Made by a program: the position numbers and the translations under genes. DNA of 64,000 bases from Vicugna vicugna (taxonomy: Eukaryota): contig MU062062.1 in the NCBI GenBank assembly GCA_013265495.1, positions 2,090,747-2,154,746 of the forward strand. The letters are read 5' to 3'. Below are positions 37,506 through 47,568 of this stretch, piece by piece. The first letter of the stretch is position 1. Each line of letters opens with the position of its first letter. The notes under the pieces are model-generated. The model did no database searches. It was not told where the DNA came from and worked only from the letters and a program-made list of their open reading frames with translations.

Positions 37506-37874
37506 GTCCCTGGACGAACACCCCTCCCCCTTCAGACCTCCCGCTGAGAGGCTGGGGAGGCCGCGGGAGGGCGGGACGTGTGTGGTCCCGCTTCTCGGCG
37601 CACCCACGACGTCCGGCGTGGAGAGGAACCAAAGCCTGGCCTCTGTTTTTCGTCCGAGCGACCCGTGTGAAACCGGACTTCAAAAGCGGACTGAGATGAA
37701 CGCAGAGACCAGAGCTGCCGGATGTCGGAGCTCTGCTCACACGGAGCCGGCTGGAGTAGGTGCCGACCCGCCAGGCGCGGGCCGAGGAAACGGCTGCCGA
37801 GAAGGGCGCTGACGTCAGGCAAGTGGGCCTGTCATTTTTCTAAATAAGAAACCTGATTCCTCGCCCTTTTGCCG

Positions 37875-38109
37875 ATGGCCTTCCGAAGACGCCGCCTGCC
37901 CTTCCTGGGACCGTCGCTTCTCACTCAGGGTTCGCAGTGTCCCCCTGGCGGAGCCGCGTGGCGGGCGGCGCTGGTGCGACTTCGCGGGGACTCGCGGCAG
38001 GCGGAGGTCAGCGGCCGTGCTGGCTCCCGTCTCGTCTGGTCTGGCGGGTCCAAGCCGGCCCCTGGAACCAGAACCCACCGCCCCGGAGGCGGCAGCAGGG
38101 CACAGAGGG
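37875..38109 (+). CDS. Hypothetical alternative first coding exon of ADARB2 (exon 1b); unproven
   Basis: ATG at 37875 opens 78 codons (MAFRRRRLPFLG...SRAQR) plus 1 nt, followed by GTAGGT at 38110. The phase-1 junction G|AC gives Asp in frame with exon 2. Confidence 0.25.
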
Positions 38110-38110
38110 G

Positions 38111-38154
38111 TAGGTCGCCCGAAAAAATACAGGCTGTCCAGCTGAATTTGAATT
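38111..38154. mobile_element. MER53 (hAT MITE), left part
   Basis: taggtcgcccgaaaaaatacaggctgtccagctgaatttgaatt compared with recalled MER53 tagggttgccaga...aaaatacaggacgcccagttaaatttgaatt. Confidence 0.6.
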
Positions 38155-38922
38155 ATTGTTTCTTGTTTAAGTGTTAGTAAACCAGCCGTAACACAAAACT
38201 TGCCCTGTTCGCATTGCTAAGAATCTGGCTCTGTGACATAAGCCCGTGTACGTATGTCCACCGCGCGTCCGTCTCCAGAACCTTCGCATTTTCCCGAACT
38301 GAAACTGGCCCCACTGAACAACAGCCCCTGCCTCTCCTCCCCCGCCCTGAGGCCACAGCCTGCCCGCCATCCCTGTCAGCCTCACCCCTCCAGGGCCTCG
38401 CATGGGTGGGCCAGGCAGTGCTGTCCTTTTGTGACTGGCTTGGTTCCCTGTCCTCGGGGTCCATCCATGTTGTAGCCAGTGTCAGAATTCCTTTTCAGGA
38501 CGTGTAAGACCCACTGCATCTGGACACGTTTCTTTGTCCACTGTCCATCCATGGACACACAAGTTGCTTGTACGTTTGTCTCGTGTGACTAATGCGGCCG
38601 TGAGCCTGGGTGCCCAGTGTGTGTCCCTTCGAGTCCCTGCTTCCAGTTCTTTCGGGGGTGACCCAGAAGGGAGTTTTTGGTTCCACGGTGGCTGAGCCCT
38701 CTTACGTTCTCACCCACAGTCACCAGGTCCCGGCTTCTCCGCGTTCTCAGCTTGTTACTTCCCAGGCTTTTCCTCTAGCAGCCCCCTCCTGAGTGTGAGG
38801 TGGGACCTCCCCGTGGTTTGGGGTTGCATTTCCCTAGTGACGCACAACACTGAGCATCCTTTCGTGGGTGATTTGTCAGTTGCCTATCTTCTTTGTAGAA
38901 ATGTCTATTCAAGTCTTTTGCC
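38155..38922 (-). mobile_element. L1MB-type 3' fragment inserted into MER53
   Basis: Landmarks: gtctccagaac, cccgaactgaaact, gtccttttgtgactggctt, catccatgttgtagc, gagtccctgctt, agaaatgtctattcaagtc. AATTTGAATT is duplicated at both junctions. Confidence 0.8.
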
Positions 38923-39076
38923 TTAAATTTGAATTTCAGATAAAGAAGGAATCTTTTCGTATATGGCGTCCCACACAATACTAGGAATGTACACATACAA
39001 AAAAGAGTGCTGTGTATCTGAAACTCAATTTTAACTAGATGTCTGGAATATTTATTTGACGAATCTGGCCAGCCTA
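38923..39076. mobile_element. MER53, main palindromic part
   Basis: Arms 38923-38942 and 39015-39034 are 18/20 complementary. The element ends aatctggccagccta like the MER53 terminal inverted repeat. Confidence 0.75.
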
Positions 39077-40820
39077 GAAGTCGAGGACTTGAATGGATGG
39101 AAAGCAATTTTTAAATATTTCACAATCTGGCTCAGGTGAGCTCTGAACTGGTTTGGTGTGTTTTTGTGGGTGTTTGGCTGGTAGCCCTGCTTTATGAGAA
39201 AATCGTAATTTCATTTTGAGATGCTCCAGACTAAATCATTTGAGCTTCGCCCCCTTTGTGGTGCGTTACGGGGCTCCCTTAATGAAATTACAACTCAAAC
39301 AAGTGGTTTCATTCTGTGCAGTAAATTAGCTCGGCCGCGCGGCATCGGGGAGTCGGCCCGTCCTGGGCTTTCTCCTCTCATTCGGTAGAATGGAGAGGGA
39401 GCCGCGCTATGCATTCCAGTTATTTATGGTTCTCCAAGCGAGCGTTGTGTCGTTGCCCGTCCCTGCTGCAAACAACAGCTGTTAACAGGCTCCTGAATGA
39501 ATTTCAGCGTGAACCTGCCGGCCTCCAGGAAGCTCAGCTCAGGAGCAAACGGGCTCAGAATGGAAAGAAAGAGCGAGTCCAGGTCCGGGTCTGGACACCC
39601 AGGGCCGACAACGTGATGAACAGCTGGGTGACGTTTCCACGAGAAGTCACGCTCAGACGTGGCCCGGACGGAGCTCCTGCTGCCACCGAGGCCGCAGGGT
39701 CAGACAGGTCCGCTCTGAGCCCCACCTCAGGCGTGGGGGACCCAGGGAAGTGGAAAGTGTCCCTTATGGCAAAATAACCCTGACCCAGTGCCCTGGACGC
39801 CTTCGATGCCCCCGCAGTGGAGAGCCTCCCTCTGTAATTATCCAAGAATACAGTCAGGATTCAGACAGAACCCAGCGACCCACTGGGGAGCCGAGGCGCC
39901 AGAGGCAGGTCTGAGGAGGGGGCTCCGAGGGGCCGAGCTCTCCTGTGGACGAGGCTCCTGGCTCGCGGCTGGGTCTAGTCGGCGGAAGGTCTAAACGGAG
40001 GGGCTTCCCCTTCGCTCCTCTGAGAGGCGTTCCTTCATTTCTCCCGCTCGCACTTCCAACCTGCACTCCCCTGGCCTCCATGTAGAGGGACGTGGCCAAG
40101 CCCCTTGGTCCCCAGAGGGACCTCCTCCTGGGTCCGTAGTCCTCCCTGCAGTACTTGAGGTGTCTGGACCCGAGATGCTGGCCGCCTCCACCTCCCACGT
40201 CCCCGGTCCCTCCTGGAGTCTCCAGTCCAGGCTCCTCTCCAGGGGGACACCCAGGACCCTGCCCCGCTTCCTCCTCCGTGCCTCCTTCTCCCGTCTTCTG
40301 CTTCTGCCAAACACATGCTAAGTATCTTTTACACTTTTCCTAAGTCTTTCTTCACCCTGCACTTCAAGCCCACAAAGCAAGCTCTCCACTGACGGGGAGA
40401 GGTGGTCTGGGCTCACCTAGTGGAGGACTTGCTGGTGCTTGTTTGAGCTCCTCTCTGTGCTATGCAGTGACCTCCGTCAGGCAGGCTCTGCCCGCCAGCA
40501 TCTTGTAGGCTCAGGCAAGGTGGTTGCCCTGGAGACGGTTACTTCAAGTTTTGAGGGACATGGAAGGAGGAGAGGAGATGCCAAAAATAAGAAAAGAAGA
40601 AAGATGGAAATGGTGATGTTTCAGATTGAATGGAGAGGGTCATTTGATAGAATGCTGTCAGAAATTCAGTAAAAGGCTGAACCAGAATGAAGTGGCTGAA
40701 ACCAAAACGACCTTTCAACCTCCCTTGTCCAAACCCTCAGTAATAACAACATATGAAAGCATTGAGTTTTTCTGAAACTCGATGTCAAAAGTGCATTTCC
40801 TGTTCTTCTTTTCTTTCCAG

Positions 40821-40907
40821 ACAAAGTAAGCACGTTGTCAGCCTTCGTCGCTCCCTTCAAGCACTTGAGCCCAGGGGCCACGAACACAGAGGATGAAGAC
40901 AATCTCA
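40821..40907 (+). CDS. ADARB2: ADARB2 exon 2 (87 nt, phase 1-1): (D)[28 protein letters not shown](S)
   Basis: Strong polypyrimidine tract plus CAG acceptor and a GTAAGC donor. The translation matches recalled human ADAR3 [30 protein letters not shown]. Confidence 0.95.
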
Positions 40908-41047
40908 GTAAGCAGTTCCCTTCCCCGAGAGTGCGGGACGCCCAGCCCACATGCAGAGGGGGCCACCCCATTGTCCCCAAAGGCTGAGACCCTTGGGTGG
41001 TGGAGGGCGCCATCTGGGCTTCCCAGAGCAGGAGGCTCCGCCCCTGT

Positions 41048-41185
41048 CCCCACCTGGAATCCCCTCCCCACCTGGAAACCTGTCCCCACCTGGAAACCCC
41101 CTCCACACCTGGGATCCTTTCCCCACCTGGAATCCCATCCCCACCTGGAAACGCTGACCCCACCTGGAATCCCGCCCCCACCTGG
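41048..41185. repeat. Minisatellite, 8 copies of a 17-19 bp unit (CCCCACCTGGAATCCCCT)
   Basis: Tandem units are directly visible, starting 140 nt downstream of exon 2. Confidence 0.95.
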
Positions 41186-43999
41186 GTGGTAGGGAGATAC
41201 TAGCAGTGACTGCATGATTGAGAACTCCAGATATTGCAAAAACAAAACAAAAAAACCAGTTCTCTCAGACCATCCTTCCTCTCTTTCCTTTATTTTTGCC
41301 CTCCAAACCAAAAAGAAAAAAAGAAAAATTAACGCAGTCTCTCTGGACGCAGTTCATACAACTACTTAACAAGGAAAGAACTGGATGGGCGCCTGCTGCC
41401 CAGAGAACTGTTTGTCACGTGAACTGGGGAGGCACCTAGGCCATGCCGGGTGGGGCCCGGGGCTGCTGGGGCTGTGTCTGGAGGGTGGTGCCTCGGGCGG
41501 AAACTGTCCCTTGCCCAGTCCTTGGAGGAGACCCCGGAGTGGAAGGGCCAGCGTGGTGTGTGTGAGGGAGAATCCGGGCGTGTGTGTCAGGTGGTGCCAG
41601 CCCCTCTGGTCTGTGGTGTGGAAGCGGGGAGGAAAGCCCCCAGACACAGGGGCACCCCCTGCATTCAGCGTCACCCCTCAGCCTGCAGGAGGCGAGGGCG
41701 TGCTTGCCGCGGGCTGGGAGGGGCCCATGCGCGCTGATGGTCACCAGGGCTGTTGGTTTGACCAGGAAGCAGCGATGGGCGGGACTCACCCTGGAAGGTT
41801 GTCCCTTTTGCCTCAGATTGTAAGGAACACAGATGGCCCCCGAATAGCCCCTCCCATAAAACGTGACTGTGGACAAGATGGGAGCTGAGTTAGTTCCCTG
41901 GGCTGTTACACAGAACCAGGTCACAGAGCCGTCCAGTGTCAGAACTAGGGCCTCCTCAGTGACCGGTCCTTGACCCCCCGTTTCTGGACGAGGAGGAAGT
42001 GCTCTGAGTCAGCGCCCAGCCCCGCGAGAACACGGTCCAAGGAAAGCTCTGTCCTCTCAGGACCAAACCTGGAACTTTCTAGACTTAATTTCCTGACGGC
42101 GACTTCAGAAACGTGGAGCACACAGCACGCCTCACTCTCCAGTGCTTCGATTTATTGCATAACAGATGCTACGTTTTCACAAACATTATGTATTAATTAC
42201 GGTGCATTCATTGCTTTCTTAGAAGTAACACTTTTGCACACTTAATAGGCTGCAGTCTAGGGGGAATGTAACTTTCCTGCACGAGGAAACCAAAAATCCA
42301 CATCACTGGCCTCATCGCAGTGGTCAGGGCTCAGCACACCACATCTCCGAGGTGCGCCCAAATGTTCACACACATGTGTGCATGCACACATGCACGAACA
42401 AAGAGATACGTGTGTGAAAACACACACATGCCCACAGCCGACCTGGACGCGTGGACACGGCTGGTGGAGAAGCACGTGGAATGGGCGCCTGGAGGAGGGA
42501 AGTCTTCCCCTGCCGCCTCCTCCTGTCGCGCTCGAGCTGCCGGGGCCCCGGCCGAGTCCAGTCCCCCATAGGAGCTCCCTCCCCACCAAGGGCACCTGTG
42601 ACTCTGGTGCTGGACCAACTGGAAGTGTGGGAGCCGGTGTGAGGGCAGGGCCTTGGGATGCGACCCCACACTCCAGCCCGATACCTTAGGCCGTAAGCCC
42701 CATCGCTCGGAGCCGCGGTGCCCCGTGTGTGCGTGGGAGAGCAGCCCGGCTGCAGCTGGGGTGGGGGGCGCGTGAGGGCTTCTGAGGGAAGGACCCAGAG
42801 AAACAGCCAGTGCTGGAGCAGGGCTGGCTGTGCGAGAAATCAGGCTTTTCCCTAATTCAGTGGCTAAGAGGTGGAACTTTAGAGATAAAGATGATTTTGA
42901 ATTGTTTACTACGTGTTAAAGTGCCTTTGCAATGCTTGGGAACCTTACTTTCTATCAGTGGATTAGTCATCCCCTTTGTAATAGCTGCTTTTTGTTAATT
43001 GACTCAGAAAACCCTGTTTTCACGCATTGTTCAAAGATAAACCTCCAAATTAATGCCGCCGGGCTAGGCTGCATCCAGGACAACCCAGGGTGCCTGGGTG
43101 CATGACGTAGAGTTAAAGGTTGGCAACCTGCCCCAGGGGGACCCCAGGAGCAGCCAAGCCAGGAGCGCAGGTGGAGACCAGGCCCCCTTCTGCCCCCGCT
43201 GCGGAGGTGACCCCAGGTGCACAGGCCACGGGCCAGAGAACAAAGGAGGAGCTCAGGTCCCGTATGCCCAGACCTGGACCCGAGGGGGCACGCAGTGGGG
43301 TGGCAGCCTCTCCAGTCTGGCAGGAGCACGCCATCTCTGGGTTATTCCCTGCGACAGCGGGGTGTGTGAAACCTGCTAAATAAGTGGAGGGGGGAAATGA
43401 GAATCATTTCCTGGGTCAGGGGAGGGGCTGAGGAAGAGGGAAGGTGAATTTGTGAAGTTGGAGCTGAAGTTCCGTAAGAGGGCCACGTGGAGCTGCGTCA
43501 GGTCTGGCAGGACCCAGCTGGCAAGTCCAGGCAGCACCAGACCAGAGGCCAGGGTCCCCTGCTTGCCGCCCCTCCTGGCCCGAGACTGCATCACAGGAGA
43601 CCCGTGTCCCTCCCACGGGACCGAGCGTCTGCGAGGCAGCGGCTGGTTCTCGCTTCTGCCTGTCTCGGGGACCACAGGTTGGAGGCTGAGGCTCAGGGCA
43701 TCCTGGCTGGTCTCTGTAAGAACCAGTGTTTGCCTTGCCAACCGGAGGGAAGCGGGGTGCGTCTGGGGTGCACGGTGGAGACCACGGCTCCACAACCAGG
43801 TAGTGGGTGTTCAGACCTGGTCCCAGAAACTGCGCACAGACAGGCGCACTGGGAGAGGGGCGGGGCCCCACGTCTCCTTTCTGGGAAAATTCATCGGGAA
43901 GCCCAGCTCATAAAATAAGCAGTGAAGCTGGGCCTGTAGAGGACGTGTCGGTGTCCCTCTTCCCGCTGTTCACAGAAATGCCCAGACTTGGCTGAGCAT

Positions 44000-44130
44000 C
44001 AGGGATTTTGCTAAGTGTCACGTGGGTCCTTTAGCTCAGCCTCAGGCGAGTGCCATCAAAACCCTCATCTTCCATCTTAAGAAGATGGAGTCTGGGCAGG
44101 TGGAGGGACTGCCCAAGGCCACACACACCC
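44000..44130 (-). mobile_element. MIR SINE remnant
   Basis: ctcatcttcc...aagatggagtctgggcaggtggagggactgcccaaggccacac resembles the antisense MIR core. Confidence 0.5.
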
Positions 44131-46693
44131 CGAGGTTGGAGGGGACTTTGACCTCTCACCTGCCTGACCCCGGAGCCATTAATGACCACCGCCCCATCCT
44201 GCAGCTGCCCCGACTTTGTGCAGGCTCAGGAGTCCAGTTAACCGAAGCATCTGGGCCGTGGCGAGGGGAGTAGAACCCTTAATCTGCTACTTCGCAAAAA
44301 CCAGAGGGTCACGTCACCCCCAGAGAGCGTAGGAGGAGAGGGCCAGCGGCTGCCTCCATCAGTTGTTGTTAATTACTGACGGGCACGGGAGGAGCCTTCC
44401 CCCACCGTCTGATGCCCGAGGCTCAGGCCCTGGGAAGCTGTAATGAGGACAGTCAGGTGCTGAGGAGAAGGGCACAGACGTAATTTCTGTGCAGGTGGGG
44501 GGACGCGTGGGTCTGCGGGGCCTGTTCCTCCAAGATAAACCTTTTCCCTCAGAAGGCACAAAGGCCATCTGATATCTTGGCCACTTTAATCACACGCACA
44601 GCCTCACTCGACCCCCACATCGCAAGGAATCAATAAGAAATTAGAGCGCTGCCGGCGACTTTCTGGGCAATCTGGCGGGCGGCCGTGAGGCTGCACTGCT
44701 GTTTTTTCTCCATCTTCACCTTCCATTTGGGAAACTGCGTGGTTGGTGCCCCCTACCAGCCTTGGCCCGAGGTACCCCAGACAGCAGCACCCATTGCCGC
44801 ACACCCAGGATGTACAGCGCCCCGCAGGAGGGTCTGGTCCAGGATGCACAGCGCCCCTCAGGAGGGGCTGGTCCAGAGCTGCTGTTGGGGAAGTGACTCT
44901 TCCTACTGAGATGGGCTGTGAATGACCCCCATCCCCTCTGACTTACGAACGCTCAGACTTGCCCCTGCAGACACAAGGACAGCTGCAAGCCTACCATTTC
45001 GCAGAAGCCAACCATGAGAAGTGCTAACAGACCACCTCACCAGCCAAGCAGCTGAGAGTCAGCCCACAGCCCTTGGGAGCCCGGCCTCCGCCTCCCACTG
45101 GGCACACCCTCCTGCGGGCGCTGGGCGGCTCCTCCCTGCGGGGATCTGGCCGGGAGGGCTGGCCCCACCTGGGCCCTGTGAAATGGTACTTGTGACAATT
45201 CTCCAGCAGCCCCACAAGGACAAGGTCACCCACTTGGCACGTCTTCCCACTGCTGACTCTCTGGGCAGCAGGGAGGGAGACACAGTCAGTCTGCTCCCAA
45301 GCTGCGCTGGCTGTAACGCTACCTCAGGTTTCTTCTTGCTGAAAAAGAAAACTGTGAGTCCCAGGTCCCGTGGAGAAACCTGAGGGCACCAAGGTCACCT
45401 GTGTGGCCGGGACCCCAGCCCCTCCTCACCTGTCGGTCCACGCCATCAGCAGACTTCCTCAGCTCCACCCCCAGGCAGCCCGCGTCTGTGAAACGGACAA
45501 GAAAATGACCCTGAGCTCCTCTGCTCCCGTAAAGCCTCCTCCACAGCCTTTCCTGGATGGATTAACCAGCCCGTGACCCTCAGTTTCGTCCCCTAGAAGG
45601 CGGTGCCCTGACCCACTGCGAGTGGCTCTTAGGAATGAGGGAGGTGCCAAAGTGAATGTGTGGGAGGGGCTTGGTGAGAGCTAGCCCACTGCTCATCACC
45701 GCCATCCTCGGAGTTTCTCACCTTCCGGGAGCACATCCGGCCGGGCAGCGTGGACACTGTTCTGGGCCCCGTGGGGTGCACGGCTCAGCCACTCTAAGCA
45801 GAACAGCTTTGCTGGAGAAAAGTGGTCCAAGAGGGCCAGGCCAGACAGTTAAATGATCTCTACCTGCATTCCTCATGTGCAGTGAGCAAATGAGGATTTT
45901 GCTGAATTTACTTACATCAGTTTGTGAAAAGACATGAAACCACACAGACACAAATGAAGCCACCCTCTGAGCCATGTCCCGCGCTCCCCCTCTCCCGGAG
46001 AGGGGTCCATGTCTGAGCTTTACCCCCGTGAGTGGGGGCACAGACAGCGCATTGGGTCAGCTCTGTGTCTTTATTACTTACATTGAAAAGAGCTTCTGTG
46101 CGCCATTTTGCAAGTTGCTTTCATTGTCCCACCTTGTAATTCTGAGATCCCCCATGTAGTGTAAGCGCCATCCAGCAACCCAGGGCCTGACGGCACCCAA
46201 CCCACCACTTTCCACTCCAGGGGAGGCCCTCAGCATTGCCCAGAGCTGCTGGAAAGAGAGGGCTGTGTGTCTGCTTGGTTCGGGGCAGCAGTGGGGGGCC
46301 AGGGGCCTGTGCTTGACCCGCAGCCCTGATACCACACACGTGGCGCTCCGAGCAGCAAGTGGGAGAGGCCCTGAGGGAACGTGCCCCCGGCCCAGGCCCA
46401 CCTCACGTAGTTCACTGCAGGCCCTGCTGAGGGCTGTGCCCGCCGGAGCGAGGACCCCACCCCCGGGGGGCTGCCGGTTCTGCTGGCCCACGGACTCGGG
46501 GCACTGCTCGGGTGGTCTCCCCATGACCCTTCCCGCAGGTGCCAGCCCAGAGCCTGTCCCACAGCTGGGCTGCCAAGCTGGTGGCTATCTCGGGCTTGGA
46601 GGCTGGACTGTGTGGTCGGGTCACCAGGACCCGCGCCGGGGGTCTCACAAGCTGCCAGAGCCCTGGGTCATGGCTGTCTGTTCTCGCCTCCAG

Positions 46694-47568
46694 GTACCAG
46701 CAGCGCGGACGTGAAGGAAAACCGGAATGTGAGCAACCTGGAGGCGCGGCCGCTGCCCGTGGGCGACCGGACCCGAGGAGGCCCGCCCGGCCTGAAGAGG
46801 AAGCGGCCGCTGGAGGAGGGCGGTGGCGGTCCCCTGCGCCAGCTGCACCTCCTCTGGAGGGGGCTCTCGTGGTCCGTGGCACCCAAGAACGCACTGGTCC
46901 AGCTGCACGAGCTGCGGCCCGGCCTGCAGTACCGCACAGTGTCCCAGACCGGCCCGGTGCACGCGCCTGTCTTCGCTGTGGCCGTGGAGGTGAACGGGCT
47001 CACCTTCGAGGGCACCGGGCCCACCAAGAAGAAGGCCAAGATGCGGGCAGCCGAGCTGGCCCTCAGGTCCTTCGTGCAGTTCCCCAACGCCTGCCAGGCC
47101 CACCTGGCCCTGGGCAGCGGCGCCAGCCCGTCCCCGGACTTCACCTCTGACCAGGCCGACTTCCCGGACACACTGTTCAAGCAGTTCGAGCCGGCGGCGC
47201 CCAGCGAGGCCTTCCCCGGCCGCCGCCCTGCCGCCCCTGAGCGCCTGTCTGCAGCCTGCCGGCGGGGACGGCTCCTGTGCCGGCCGCTGGACCTGGTGGG
47301 CACCGGAGCCCCGGGCGAGAGGAACCCGGTGGTGCTGCTGAACGAGCTGCGCTCGGGCCTGCGGTATGTGTGCCTCTCGGAGCCTGAGAAGCAGCGCGCC
47401 CAGAGCTTCGTCATGGCCGTGAACGTGGACGGGAGGACATTCGAAGGCTCGGGACGCAGCAAGAAGCTGGCCAAGGGCCAGGCGGCCCAGGCTGCCCTCC
47501 AGGCCCTCTTCGACATCCGGCTGCCCGGCCACGTCCCCAGCAGGAACAAAGGCCACCTCCTGCCCCAG
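46694..47568 (+). CDS. ADARB2: ADARB2 exon 3 (875 nt, phase 1 to 0): KRKRP basic motif, dsRBD1 and dsRBD2
   Basis: Acceptor ctcgcctccag and donor CAG|GTGAGA. The translation [12 protein letters not shown]...[67 protein letters not shown] is diagnostic for ADAR3 rather than ADAR2. Confidence 0.98.
46882..47076 (+). other. ADARB2: dsRNA-binding domain 1 coding segment
   Basis: [10 protein letters not shown]...GPVHAP...KKKAK...[10 protein letters not shown], with the GPxH loop and KKxAK motif intact. Confidence 0.93.
47323..47511 (+). other. ADARB2: dsRNA-binding domain 2 coding segment
   Basis: [12 protein letters not shown]...[24 protein letters not shown], with KKxAK intact. Confidence 0.93.

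Larger units (their letters stand above)
37250..38120. promoter_or_regulatory. CpG island with promoter-type motifs
   Basis: Dense CpG, with ETS motif CCGGATGT at 37718-37725, palindromic CRE TGACGTCA at 37810-37817 and AT-rich TAAATAAG at 37841-37848. Confidence 0.6.

Noticed and set aside
37940-37955. CTCF-like site (minus strand CCGCCAGGGGGA)
   Set aside because: It mismatches the highly conserved C of the GGC core. A similar near-match at about 1348 fails in the same way.
46694-47568. Assignment to ADARB1 (ADAR2) instead of ADARB2
   Set aside because: The sequence has the ADAR3-type [20 protein letters not shown] and the ADAR3 exon 2 peptide, not the ADAR2 KKRRKTPGPVLPKNALMQLNE.
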